Positions 1-9,816 of a stretch of DNA of 64,000 nt are shown here, piece by piece. Position numbers and translations under genes: made by a program. The notes under the pieces were generated by a model. That model was not told the origin of the DNA. It did not search any database and worked only from the letters and a program-made list of their open reading frames with translations. Within the stretch, counting starts at the first letter, position 1; each line of letters begins with the position of its first letter. The DNA comes from an uncultured Thermococci archaeon (GTDB taxonomy: Archaea; Methanobacteriota_B; Thermococci; Methanofastidiosales; B48-G16), in the NCBI GenBank assembly GCA_964595645.1, contig CAZQQT010000005.1, forward strand, positions 96,001-160,000, written 5' to 3'.

Positions 1-660
1 TTCTCGTATGTACAGTTCGGTAACGGCTTTCGATGCGACTTAAAAGAAATTAAAACGCTATGCAATGAGTACAATGCCTTTCTGTTTACCGATGCAATTC
101 AAGGGCTTGGTGCGGTAACATTTAATGTTAAGGAGATGGATATTGATTTTTTCTCAGCAGCTGCGTATAAATGGCTTATGGGCCCTCTAGGCGTTGGGAT
201 CTTCTACATCAAGAAGGAACATCTCGAACGGTTCGATCCGCCGTGCATCGGCTGGCACTCACTGAAAAGAGAAGAAGATCAAGAAAAAGTGGGACTGGAA
301 AGCATAGAATTTGCCGACTCTGCAAGAAAATTTGAGCCTGGAGGAAAGAGTTTCGCTCTCCTCATGGGACTTAAAAAATCGCTTGACATCCTCCTAGACA
401 TCGGAATTGATGCAATTGAAAAACGCGTACTGAACCTCTCAAAATATGTACTCGACAATGTTGAGGATACACAAACGCCTTCCGAAGAAGCGAAACGGGC
501 AGGTATTGTCAATATACCTCATCCCGATGCAGAAAAAACTGCAGAGCGACTGTGGGAGAAGAACATTCTCGTATCTCCAAGAATGAATGGAATACGTGTT
601 TCTACACACTTTTGGAATACAACGAGAGATGTGGATGCGCTTTTAGAAGAACTGCAGTGA
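1..660 (+). CDS. Class V PLP-dependent aminotransferase / cysteine-desulfurase-like protein (5' end outside window)
   Basis: Frame is open from base 1: FSYVQFGNGFRCDL...DAIQGLG...AAYKWLMGPLG (PLP lysine), C-terminal IRVSTHFWN. Confidence 0.85.
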   Translation, partial: FSYVQFGNGFRCDLKEIKTLCNEYNAFLFTDAIQGLGAVTFNVKEMDIDFFSAAAYKWLMGPLGVGIFYIKKEHLERFDPPCIGWHSLKREEDQEKVGLESIEFADSARKFEPGGKSFALLMGLKKSLDILLDIGIDAIEKRVLNLSKYVLDNVEDTQTPSEEAKRAGIVNIPHPDAEKTAERLWEKNILVSPRMNGIRVSTHFWNTTRDVDALLEELQ

Positions 661-665
661 ACTCA

Positions 666-2351
666 ATGCTCTTTGAACTTAAGGGGAAGGATGGTCTTGG
701 GAGAATAGGGAAACTCACCATCAATGGAAGAACAATTGAGACGCCGGCGCTTATGCCCGTGATAAATCCCAACTTGCCATTAATAACCCCGGAAGAGATG
801 AAAGAACATTTTGGTACAGATATTGTTATAACAAACGCCTATATTCTTTACAAGTCTTTTGACGTGACAGAGATCCATGATTTTTTGAATTTTGATGATA
901 TTGTGGTCACAGACTCCGGAAGCTTTCAATTAATGCAGTATGGAGATATTGATGTCTCGAATCGGGAAATCATCGAGTACCAAAATGATATAGGCGTTGA
1001 TGTTGCCACATTTCTCGATATTCCCACGAAACCAAATGTTCCCTATGATAAGGCAAGAGAAGAGCTGCATACAACGATAGAGAGAGCGGAAGAGGCGAGA
1101 ATTCTGCGAGATGGTGAATTAAACGGGACAGTGCAGGGTTCTACCTACTTCGATTTACGTGAGTACGCTGCTCGACGAATGAGCATGTACGACTTTGATA
1201 TTTATCCTATTGGTGCTGTCGTCCCGCTCCTCATGGAGTATGATTTCTCAACGCTCGTCCACATAATCCTCACATGTAAGAAACATCTCCCTATCCACAG
1301 ACCTGTACACCTTTTTGGCGCGGGCCATCCGCTGGTACTGGCACTCTCTGTGCTTCTCGGCTGCGATCTTTTTGACTCCGCGGCTTACGCATTATATGCA
1401 AAGGATGACAGGTACCTCACACCGTACGGAACAAAAAAGTTGAATGAAATGAAGTATCTCCCCTGCTCCTGTCCCATATGTTCACAGTACACCTTAGAGG
1501 AGCTAAAAATTTCCGAGGAAAAGATAAAGCTTCTAGCTCTCCACAACCTCTACGTGACCTACGAAGAGATTAATAAAATAAAAGAGTGCATCCATGAAAC
1601 AACCCTCTGGGACTTTGTGGAATCAAGAATACGGAATCATCCCCGGCTTTACTACGCGTATAACGAAATTCAGACGTACCAAGACTTTATTACTATGGTC
1701 GATCCACTTCTCAAGAAAACACCTCTTTCCTATACAGGCGAAGAAACGAAGAGGAGACCAGTTGTTAAAGAGATAAAAAAGCGGCTGGAGAGAGTTTCCA
1801 AAAAACGTGATGCACGCAACGATCTTTTTGAGTACCCTTCCGCACTTGCATTTACCTTTCCCTTTAACCTCGCGACAGATAGGTCCTCAGAGTTCGATCA
1901 GGACACCGAATCCCTCGAAATAATACTGGATTATCAGTTTGGCAACGGTACGGGAAAAGAGTTTTTGGAAGGAACAACAGTGCAAAGAAGCGCAAAAACA
2001 CAGAGAATTCGATATGTCTATGGAGACAAACTTCTAGCGACTTTGAGGGCACGGGACAATCTGTTTACCTTTACGCACATCGGCGCACAGCGGCTTCATC
2101 GTATTCTAAAATATCCATATTACAGAGTGATGGCATCCTATGAGGCGGCACCTTTTGTGAAGGAAGGAAGAGATCTCCTCACAAAGTTTGCTATTTCATG
2201 GGATACCCATCTGCGCCCCTATGAAGAGGTGCTGGTAGTGGATGCGGATGACACCCTTCTTGGTACAGGAACGCTGGTACTTTCACCTATAGAAATGGAA
2301 CGTTTTGAGAGAGGAGTTGCGGTAAAAATGAGAACAGGGGTAGAATTATAA
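666..2351 (+). CDS. tgtA: Archaeosine tRNA-guanine(15) transglycosylase
   Basis: GRIGKL..ETPALMPV, TDSGSFQ, HLFGAGHP, DLFDSAAY, Zn site CSCPIC..H, C-terminal PUA domain; start placed at ATG 666. Confidence 0.95.
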   Translation: MLFELKGKDGLGRIGKLTINGRTIETPALMPVINPNLPLITPEEMKEHFGTDIVITNAYILYKSFDVTEIHDFLNFDDIVVTDSGSFQLMQYGDIDVSNREIIEYQNDIGVDVATFLDIPTKPNVPYDKAREELHTTIERAEEARILRDGELNGTVQGSTYFDLREYAARRMSMYDFDIYPIGAVVPLLMEYDFSTLVHIILTCKKHLPIHRPVHLFGAGHPLVLALSVLLGCDLFDSAAYALYAKDDRYLTPYGTKKLNEMKYLPCSCPICSQYTLEELKISEEKIKLLALHNLYVTYEEINKIKECIHETTLWDFVESRIRNHPRLYYAYNEIQTYQDFITMVDPLLKKTPLSYTGEETKRRPVVKEIKKRLERVSKKRDARNDLFEYPSALAFTFPFNLATDRSSEFDQDTESLEIILDYQFGNGTGKEFLEGTTVQRSAKTQRIRYVYGDKLLATLRARDNLFTFTHIGAQRLHRILKYPYYRVMASYEAAPFVKEGRDLLTKFAISWDTHLRPYEEVLVVDADDTLLGTGTLVLSPIEMERFERGVAVKMRTGVEL

Positions 2352-3236
2352 AAGATCGCTCTCTTGGAGCACTTTCAATTCGTCTACAGTGAGTTTCTTT
2401 CCCCGCTTAAACTTTTCATAAATTTCTTCTCCATGCTTTTTGAGTTTTTCTTTTTTCTTTTCTTCTTTCTTTGCTCTTTTTCGTAGCTTTTTTACCTGTT
2501 TTTTCGCTTTTATTTCTTTTATTTTGTCGGATGTTTCGTTTATTTTTCTTATCGTTTCTCGCAACTCTTCATAGTATTCATCAAGCTTTTTATTCTCTTC
2601 AATGAGTTCTTCATGGTATTTATCTGCAACTTCTTTGATTTCCTTCGCCCTGTCAAAGTAGTAAATCATTCTTTCATGATGTTTTTTAGATTTTTCAGCT
2701 CTTTTTACTACTTCTTTGTGGCATTTGTTCACTCTTTTTCTCACTTTTTGAATATTTCTCTTTACATCTTTGAGTTTCATCTCTGCTTCCATGCCTTCTT
2801 CGCTTATCTTGTGTTTTTCCTTGAGACTTCGTATCTTGTCGACGATCTGTTTTTCCTTTTCGAGTTTCATTACCGTTGTTTCTAGTTTCCATTCCAATCG
2901 CTCTATCGTTTTTATTACTTGTTCTGGTGGCATTTTAAAGTCTTTAAAGCTTTTATTTCTCTTTTCCTTGAGTTTTTTCGCTTTTTCTTTGAGTTCATCC
3001 AATTTTTCTCTCTCTTTATCTCGTTTTTCTTTAAATTCCGCTACTTCCTCGTTTATGCGGTCCCTCTCTTTTTTTTCCTTTTTTCCCTTTTTTATGAGGT
3101 CGGAGAATTTTTTATTTTCTTTGTCTCTCTTTTTTTTGAGTTCCTTGGTTTCTTTCATTAAGTCGTCCTTTATTTTTTGCAATTCTCTTTCTTTCTTTTT
3201 AAGAGAGGCGAGTTCTTTTTTCAGCTGTCCAATCAA
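2346..3236 (-). CDS. Archaeal K/E-rich coiled-coil protein (COG1340-like)
   Basis: Heptad K/E-rich sequence, IERLEWKLET, ADKYHE, C-terminal YEKFKRGKKLTVDEL; TTG start at 3236 follows GGAGG. Confidence 0.8.
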   Translation of the reverse strand: MIGQLKKELASLKKKERELQKIKDDLMKETKELKKKRDKENKKFSDLIKKGKKEKKERDRINEEVAEFKEKRDKEREKLDELKEKAKKLKEKRNKSFKDFKMPPEQVIKTIERLEWKLETTVMKLEKEKQIVDKIRSLKEKHKISEEGMEAEMKLKDVKRNIQKVRKRVNKCHKEVVKRAEKSKKHHERMIYYFDRAKEIKEVADKYHEELIEENKKLDEYYEELRETIRKINETSDKIKEIKAKKQVKKLRKRAKKEEKKKEKLKKHGEEIYEKFKRGKKLTVDELKVLQESDLL

Positions 3237-3312
3237 CGTATCTCCTCCGTGCCTTTCACACAACCATTTAATGGGGTGGCATTTATAAAGTTTATCTGTC
3301 TAATACACTGGT

Positions 3313-3681
3313 GTGAAGAATGTTTTTATAAGGGTTTCGATCTTCAATACGGTATATTTTCTCGTAGGTGCGGCAATAATTTATATTTTAGGTCTTAGCC
3401 CATATTTTTTGGCACCTCTGGCAGTAGTTATATTATTTTGGGCTTATTACAGTTATAAGATGAATATTCAGGCATTAGAAAAAGCGGATGAACTGGGTAT
3501 GGAAGGGAAGAGAGCCATTGTAGTAGAGACGATCGATCCCTACGGTACAGTAAAAATTGGAAACGAGTACTGGAAGGCTTACGCAGATACTCCAATAGTC
3601 GAGGGAACAAACGTGAAAGTTATTAGGAGTGAGGGACTAACACTTGTCGTGGGCGCCGTGAACAACAGCTCAATCGATTAA
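3313..3681 (+). CDS. NfeD-like membrane protein (C-terminal OB fold)
   Basis: Two N-terminal hydrophobic helices, then G..AIVVETIDPYGTVKIGNEYWKA...VKVIRSEGLTLVV. Confidence 0.85.
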   Translation: MKNVFIRVSIFNTVYFLVGAAIIYILGLSPYFLAPLAVVILFWAYYSYKMNIQALEKADELGMEGKRAIVVETIDPYGTVKIGNEYWKAYADTPIVEGTNVKVIRSEGLTLVVGAVNNSSID

Positions 3682-3738
3682 AGAGAATTCGGATATTCGT
3701 TTAATGTAGTACATATCTCTCCCCGGATGGTTTCTTCG

Positions 3739-4592
3739 TCATTCACTTTGAATTTTGTCCAGCGCCTCTCGTGCCGCTTCCACATTGACATCTCCATCAT
3801 GGAGTGCGGACATCATTACAGAGATTTCATCTCCCACGCCGTACGCTGTAGCGATAAGCGGCCCAAGATATTTGAAATACAGAGAATCTTGTGTGAGTCT
3901 CTCTAGGGCTTTGCTGTAGAGGGTAAACTCACTCGGTTCCCCATAGGTGGTAAAGAACCATGGCGTACCACCATGCACTCTTCCTTCAAACAACGTTCCC
4001 TTTTCATTATATAAACTTAATTTACAGTTTATGTTGGTCCCATACGCATCAATGGAGGAGTAATACCCACCTTTTTCTTCCTTGTACTCTACTGTAAGTG
4101 TTGCATCATAGTCCTTATCCGAAACCTCAAACTCGATCCCTTCCAACCTCTTTTTCACCGCCACGTAGATATTATATGGTTCTTTTCCCTCCCTGCAGGT
4201 AGAGGAAGAGGTAACCTTGAGTTTAATTGTTACACCTATCGTTACAGCAATATGGACCTCATCAGTTCCCGACAATCCATCACTATCTACAACAGTCAGC
4301 GTGATAGTGTAGGGTCCTCCTTGGCATACACATGGGTCACCGTCTCCCCGGAAGCGGTGGTTCCATCACCGAAATTCCACTCGTACGAGACAATTGATCC
4401 ATCGGGATCAGCGGAGTCCTTCGCACTGAATATGATAACTTCGTTTATCGCTATTGAATCCGAGGAAACTCCTATTTGTGCAGTTGGTCACTCCTTCTCT
4501 GGAGGTTGCGGAGATTGTTCCATACATCCAGAGAACATGAGGAGGACCATACAGATCAAAGCCAGTGTGAGACTCTTGTGAAGAATACCCAA
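3739..4592 (-). pseudogene. Disrupted PKD-domain lipoprotein
   Basis: Hand translation: MGILHKSLTLALICMVLLMFSGC (lipobox) ..EKE*PTAQ..FSAKDSADPDGSIVSYEWNFGDGTTASGETVTHVY / GPYTITLTVVDSDG; in-frame TGA at 4488-4490 and 1-nt frameshift near 4320; continues into ORF 3739-4275. Confidence 0.85.
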
Positions 4593-4630
4593 TCCCCCTT
4601 ATTATCCTTTGTTCTAGGGTCCTTTGGTGG

Positions 4631-4864
4631 TCATTCCGTTTTCATGCCCACCTTAAGGATGACAGGTGCCAAGACTGCCATGAGTACCAGTACCCAGATG
4701 ACGCCGCCAATCAACGCCCATGAAACTTCGTTCAGTCCAAATGTTCCCTGCAGATCTGCAAAATACTCGCCGAGTGTAAGCACGTAAAGAGTCACCGCCA
4801 GCAACATACCTCCTATGCACAGAACGTATCCAAGCCCCGTGAGTTTTCTCCTTTTTTCTGCCAT
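4631..4864 (-). CDS. Small two-TM hypothetical membrane protein
   Basis: 77 aa, two hydrophobic segments, purine-rich SD-like sequence upstream. Confidence 0.65.
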   Translation of the reverse strand: MAEKRRKLTGLGYVLCIGGMLLAVTLYVLTLGEYFADLQGTFGLNEVSWALIGGVIWVLVLMAVLAPVILKVGMKTE

Positions 4865-4875
4865 GGTTCCCCCAT

Positions 4876-5583
4876 TTAAAACTCAAACCGAGGTCCCATT
4901 CCACTCCAGTTGCATTGGGTGCAGGTGTATCTGAAGGTGCTGGGCGAGCTCGTAGACGTCCAAGTCATGACTCCGTCACACCGTGTGTTGCCACATCTCG
5001 GTTTTGCCCATTCGCACTGGGTACAGTGGTAGGTGTTGATGTACGGGCTGACCGATGATCCCTTTAGTTCCTCTACAGAACTTCCACACTCAGGACATGT
5101 TTTATCAGTTTTCTTTCCAGGATAGTTCTCCCAGTTCTCATTGAGCAAGTTCTCAAAAATAGATTCATCCTTTGCAGTTTTTCTTAGAGCATTGATTCCT
5201 TTTAGAGCAGCATTCTTGGACATGTGAGCGGGAGTAGTGTATTCATCTCGCAGAGAACGGATCGCGTAGTCTATTCCATCTAACTCCCAGAAGGCCTTGG
5301 CGGCATTCATTCTGACCTCTCCGATACCATCTGCCAACCGATTTGCCAACTCGAACCATACACCAATAGCTCTTATCTCCTGCCGGACTACCGCAGATAT
5401 GATTGCATTTCTCACCTTATAATCCCAATGTTTTAGTAGTTCCATGGTCAGCTCTATCTTTTTTTCATCTGAGGCCTGTGAAAGTTGGGTGATTGCATCC
5501 TCGCCTGATTCAATCGTCTTTCTTTCCTTTTTTTCATCCTTCTTTTTAAATTTATCAAATATCCCTATTTTGCTCACCTCCAT
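4876..5583 (-). CDS. HEAT-like repeat plus multiple zinc-ribbon protein
   Basis: HEAT-like segments (WDYKVRNA, LADGIGEVRMNAAKAF) and Cys pairs CPEC, CTQC, CGNTRC, CTQC. Confidence 0.7.
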   Translation of the reverse strand: MEVSKIGIFDKFKKKDEKKERKTIESGEDAITQLSQASDEKKIELTMELLKHWDYKVRNAIISAVVRQEIRAIGVWFELANRLADGIGEVRMNAAKAFWELDGIDYAIRSLRDEYTTPAHMSKNAALKGINALRKTAKDESIFENLLNENWENYPGKKTDKTCPECGSSVEELKGSSVSPYINTYHCTQCEWAKPRCGNTRCDGVMTWTSTSSPSTFRYTCTQCNWSGMGPRFEF

Positions 5584-5977
5584 CTTTACTTCCTTTAGAA
5601 TTTAGGTAGACTTTCCTCAAGATAATCATCTTTTAATTATATATGCATTATCTTATAGGTGTACTTTATACTATACTATTTATGATAAAAATTGTTATAA
5701 ATACTTTTCTGTTTAATGAATATACCTTATCTTAAGTTTACTATAGAGTGCTTTCATTTGTTCATTCTTGAAATAAAGTTTTTTAAGAACATATAACAAA
5801 AAAAGAACTAAAATGATATTTTCATGAGCACCACTTCAATAGAAACTGATGATAGCAGTGAAACAAGGTATGAGATGATAACCTTAAATAGCCCTTTTGA
5901 AAAAGAGATATAATCATACGAAGGAAGAGGAAGGAGGAGTTAGACTACCACTTTGAGTTTCATTGTAGGTGTTGAGA

Positions 5978-6499
5978 ATGATAGAGGGTGAGAAGGTTGT
6001 ATTGAGAGCCTTGGAAAAGGACGATATCGAAAACTGCTGGAGATGGGTCAATGATCCGAAGATTACAGAAGGTCTCACCATGATTTTCCCCATATCAAAA
6101 TATGAAGAGGAACAATGGTATGAAGGCTATATCAAGAACAATAAAGATAAAATATTTGCTATCGAAGTAGAAGGTGAACATATAGGGAATATAGGACTCC
6201 ATGGCATCGACTGGGTAAATAGAAAAGCTGAACTCGGGATCATGATCGGTGAGAAGGAATACTGGGGGGAAGGATACGGTACCGATGCGATTACCACATT
6301 ATTACGATACGCATTTACTAGAATGAACCTTCATAGAGTACAGCTGCGGGTGTTTGAGTACAATGAACGAGCCATCCGGTGCTACAAAAAATGCGGCTTT
6401 ACAGAGGAGGGGGTCATGCGGGATGACAGGTTTAAGGATGGTATGTACCACAACACCATTTTTATGAGCATTCTTCGGAGTGAGTTCGATGAGATATGA
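5978..6499 (+). CDS. GNAT family N-acetyltransferase (RimJ/RimL/SpeG-like)
   Basis: IGNIGL..AELGIMIGEKEYWGEGYGTDA..N.RAIRCYKKCGF..EG. Confidence 0.9.
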   Translation: MIEGEKVVLRALEKDDIENCWRWVNDPKITEGLTMIFPISKYEEEQWYEGYIKNNKDKIFAIEVEGEHIGNIGLHGIDWVNRKAELGIMIGEKEYWGEGYGTDAITTLLRYAFTRMNLHRVQLRVFEYNERAIRCYKKCGFTEEGVMRDDRFKDGMYHNTIFMSILRSEFDEI

Positions 6500-7706
6500 G
6501 GATTTTGTTCATCCTGAGTATGAACCAGAGAATGATCTCATCTGTGAGTACGCCATAGAATCGAGCGAGCCTTTTAAAAGGGCAGCTGGTGCAGTGGCGG
6601 CGGAATCGAGCATAGGGACGTGGGATCCCAACCTCACCACAATGAAACCAAGAATTGAGAAACTTGGAGCCAAAGTCTTTGCAATCGATGGAGACACTGT
6701 GAAAATTGCGTACCCTTTGGATCTATTTGAACTTTCGAATGTCTCGCAAATATTCTCTTCAATTGCAGGAAATGTCTTTGGCATGGATGTTGTGGATAAT
6801 CTCCGTCTTCTCGATGTGACGATTCCCGATCAGATGTTGCAGAAGTATCGAGGACCGCGTTTTGGTATTTTCGGTGTGCGAAAGCTGCTGAACGTGAAAA
6901 AACGACCGCTCACCGGCACAATTGTGAAACCTAAACTGGGATTGAATCCTGAGGAACACAGCACTACTGCTTATAATGCGTGGGTCGGTGGCATAGATCT
7001 CGTGAAGGATGACGAAAATCTTACCAACATGACATTCAGTAAGTTTGAGGAGAGAGTGACCAAAACTCTTGAGATGCAGGATCGTGCGGAGGAAGAAACA
7101 GGAGAAAAAAAGGCGTATATGCCCAACATTACCGCACCATATAAAAAAATGAGAAAAAGAGCGGATTTCGTAGCTGATATGGGTGGAAAATATGTGATGG
7201 TGGATATCCTCACTGTGGGATGGTCCGCCTTCCAGGAGATTGCAAAATATACGAAGCTTGCCATCCATGGACATAGGGCGATGCATGCTACGTTCACACG
7301 AAATGAACTACACGGTATCCGGATGATTGTGATTGCGAAGTTTGCACGGCTTCTCGGTGCCGATCAGCTACATACAGGAGGAGTTGTCGGTAAAATGGAA
7401 GGAGAGAAAGAAGAAATTGTGGAGATCAATAACGCACTGTGTTCGGGGAGTATGAAGAAGACCTTTCCAGTAGCATCAGGTGGACTTCATCCTGGCTGCG
7501 TTGAAAAGCTTATCGACGTTCTCGGCACAGACATTGTGATTCAGGCCGGCGGCGGCATTCACGCTCACCCACAGGGAAGCAAACATGGAGCACGAGCGAT
7601 GAGACAGGCTGTTGATGGGGTGATGAATGGGTACTCACTGAAAGACTATGCAGCAGATCATGGAGAACTTCAGAGAGCCATAGAGCGATGGGGAGTGGTG
7701 AAGTGA
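6489..7706 (+). CDS. rbcL: Form III ribulose-1,5-bisphosphate carboxylase large subunit
   Basis: AAESSIGTW, GNVFGM, KPKLG, carbamylation motif DLVKDDENLT, HGHRAMH, loop 6 VVGKMEG, ASGGLHP, QAGGG; ~405 aa; no small subunit. Confidence 0.93.
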   Translation: MRYEDFVHPEYEPENDLICEYAIESSEPFKRAAGAVAAESSIGTWDPNLTTMKPRIEKLGAKVFAIDGDTVKIAYPLDLFELSNVSQIFSSIAGNVFGMDVVDNLRLLDVTIPDQMLQKYRGPRFGIFGVRKLLNVKKRPLTGTIVKPKLGLNPEEHSTTAYNAWVGGIDLVKDDENLTNMTFSKFEERVTKTLEMQDRAEEETGEKKAYMPNITAPYKKMRKRADFVADMGGKYVMVDILTVGWSAFQEIAKYTKLAIHGHRAMHATFTRNELHGIRMIVIAKFARLLGADQLHTGGVVGKMEGEKEEIVEINNALCSGSMKKTFPVASGGLHPGCVEKLIDVLGTDIVIQAGGGIHAHPQGSKHGARAMRQAVDGVMNGYSLKDYAADHGELQRAIERWGVVK

Positions 7707-8662
7707 AGGGTAAAATAAATCCTTCAAAGTTAAAAAATCTCGTGTTTCCTTACCTGGGTGCGAAGAATAGCAGCGTTGTTATCGGCCCAAAGATCGGCGA
7801 AGATGCAGCTGTCATAGATCTCGACGATATCTATCTTGCTGTCTCCTCTGATCCCATTACCGGTGCCAAGGATCGGATCGGGTTTTACTCTGTGCATATC
7901 AATGCGAACGATGTCGCCACCATGGGTGCGGTACCGCAGTACTTTTTACCCGTGATCATGTTGAAGGAGAACTCCGGTGAGGACGACGTGAAAACAATAA
8001 TGAAAGATATCGATTCAACATGCAAAAAACTCAACATTTCCGTGATCGGAGGACACAGTGAAGTAACCCCCAATTTGAAAGAACATATCGTTTCTGCATC
8101 AGTTCTAGGGACAATATCGAAGGATAAACCAGTGATTTCTTCATCAGGAGCCGCCGCTGGCGATGTTATCCTGCTTACAAAAGGAGCGGGAATTGAAGGG
8201 ACCTCGATTCTCGCTAGAGATTACTACGATGAGCTCAAGAAGACCGTAGATGCAGGCATGTTAAAGCGTGCCAGAATGTATATGGACCGGATCTCCGTGG
8301 TAAAAGAAGCACTAATTGCCCGAGAGTATGCTACAGCTATGCACGATCCTACGGAAGGTGGTGTACTTGGTGGCGTCCATGAGATCTGCGATGCCTCAGA
8401 GAAAGGGTTCTATGTGGGTAGTTCTACGATACCGGTGAATGAAGAAACGCAGGCAATCTGCGACGTCTTGGATATCAATCCTTTGGCGCTCATCGGTTCA
8501 GGCGCGCTTCTGATCACCTGCTCTGAACAAGATGCACCTACACTTATAAAAGAATTGGAGAAAAACGAAATACCAAGTGCGATCATCGGAGAGATCAGAG
8601 AAGACAGCAGTGACAGAAATCTGTCGCGTGTTGAAGAGGATGAGATCTGGCGGTTTGTGTAA
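7703..8662 (+). CDS. AIR synthase (PurM/HypE/ThiL superfamily) related protein
   Basis: GEDAAV, SSDPITGA, NANDVATMGA.P, GGHSEVT, AMHDPTEGG; GTGA overlap with the rbcL stop. Confidence 0.85.
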   Translation: MKGKINPSKLKNLVFPYLGAKNSSVVIGPKIGEDAAVIDLDDIYLAVSSDPITGAKDRIGFYSVHINANDVATMGAVPQYFLPVIMLKENSGEDDVKTIMKDIDSTCKKLNISVIGGHSEVTPNLKEHIVSASVLGTISKDKPVISSSGAAAGDVILLTKGAGIEGTSILARDYYDELKKTVDAGMLKRARMYMDRISVVKEALIAREYATAMHDPTEGGVLGGVHEICDASEKGFYVGSSTIPVNEETQAICDVLDINPLALIGSGALLITCSEQDAPTLIKELEKNEIPSAIIGEIREDSSDRNLSRVEEDEIWRFV

Positions 8663-8714
8663 TACCGATGAATAGCTTTTAAATACTTTAAAAATAAAAA
8701 AGAGGAGATGAGCA

Positions 8715-9665
8715 ATGATTAAAATTGGCATGTATTTACCTGTTTACGGTGGCTGGTTCCGTCACTCGACAAACGAAGAAGAGAAACCACCCACGTATCG
8801 TTATGTGAAACAAACTGCCATCGAAGCAGAAAAAATTGGTATCGATTCGTTGTGGATACCCGATCATATGTTAAACCCAATAAAAAATGATCGGACACCC
8901 TCGTTAGAAGCGTGGACTCTTGCCACAGCAATTGCGGAAGCGACGACGAAAGTGAATATATCTCACACTACGCTTTGTGAAGCATTTCGTTACCCCGCAG
9001 TATTAGCGAAACATGCAACTACCCTTCATGATATCAGTAATGGCAGATTCTGGCTCAGTATTGGAGCAGGCTGGTTCAAACGGGAATATCAAGCATATGG
9101 TCTGCCATTTTACCCGCATGATGAACGCGTAGCTCGAACAAAAGAGGCAATCCAAATCATTACAAAATTGTGGGAAGAAGAAAGCGTAACTTTTAAAGGT
9201 GAGTACTATTCGCTAAGTAATGGCATCCTTGAACCAAAACCAGATCCCAGACCCCCAATATGGTATGCCGGTATGTCTGAAGCCTCTCGCAGCCTTGTTG
9301 CCGAAGAAGCAGATGGCTGGCTAATGCGTGGGTGCAGTCTTGAAGAAGCACAGAGTAATATTGTCGATATGCATGAACGCCTCAAGAAAAAGAGGAGGGA
9401 TACCATAGAATTTGCCATTCCAGCACTAACATTTATCAGGGATACAGCTGAAAAGGCGGAGGAATACATAGAAAAGGTAACAGGAGATAACAAGGATGTC
9501 CCCGATCGTACCTTAGACACTGGACTTGTGGGCACTCCTGAGATGGTGGCTCGAAAGATAAATCAATTGGAGAACATAGGCATCGATCATGTACTATTAC
9601 AGCTCACTCCAACACTGAGAGAATTGCAGCAGGTAAGAAAAGTGCTTGATTGCCTTAAAAGCTGA
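8715..9665 (+). CDS. LLM-class (luciferase-like) flavin/F420-dependent oxidoreductase
   Basis: SLWIPDH, RYPAVLAK..TL..ISNGR..L.IGAGW..EY..YG, PKP..RPPIW; GAGGAG SD. Confidence 0.9.
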   Translation: MIKIGMYLPVYGGWFRHSTNEEEKPPTYRYVKQTAIEAEKIGIDSLWIPDHMLNPIKNDRTPSLEAWTLATAIAEATTKVNISHTTLCEAFRYPAVLAKHATTLHDISNGRFWLSIGAGWFKREYQAYGLPFYPHDERVARTKEAIQIITKLWEEESVTFKGEYYSLSNGILEPKPDPRPPIWYAGMSEASRSLVAEEADGWLMRGCSLEEAQSNIVDMHERLKKKRRDTIEFAIPALTFIRDTAEKAEEYIEKVTGDNKDVPDRTLDTGLVGTPEMVARKINQLENIGIDHVLLQLTPTLRELQQVRKVLDCLKS

Positions 9666-9816
9666 TTAAATCTGTTGTTGATCTCCACGAACTAGTATAA
9701 CTGAGAGCCTACCGAATATCGTCGATTTAGAGGGAATTATATTCATGTTCCTGCGGAATTTAGACCGATTAACTCACCAAAGTATGTGGAGTTCTTCTAG
9801 ATATGTCTGTGAAATC

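Noticed and set aside
2346-3236. T-rich low-complexity DNA as a repeat array
   Set aside because: It is explained by Lys/Glu codons of a coiled-coil gene on the minus strand.
4488-4490. In-frame TGA as selenocysteine
   Set aside because: It lies in a linker with no redox motif, the same gene also has a frameshift, and the hydrogenase uses plain Cys.
5825-5913. Short ORF MSTTSIETDD... and a similar fragment at 9700-9800
   Set aside because: They are too short and have no recognisable motif, so they cannot be supported.
6489-7706. RuBisCO-like protein (form IV) or evidence of a Calvin cycle
   Set aside because: The catalytic motifs are intact, so it is not form IV. There is no phosphoribulokinase or small subunit here, so autotrophy is unsupported.
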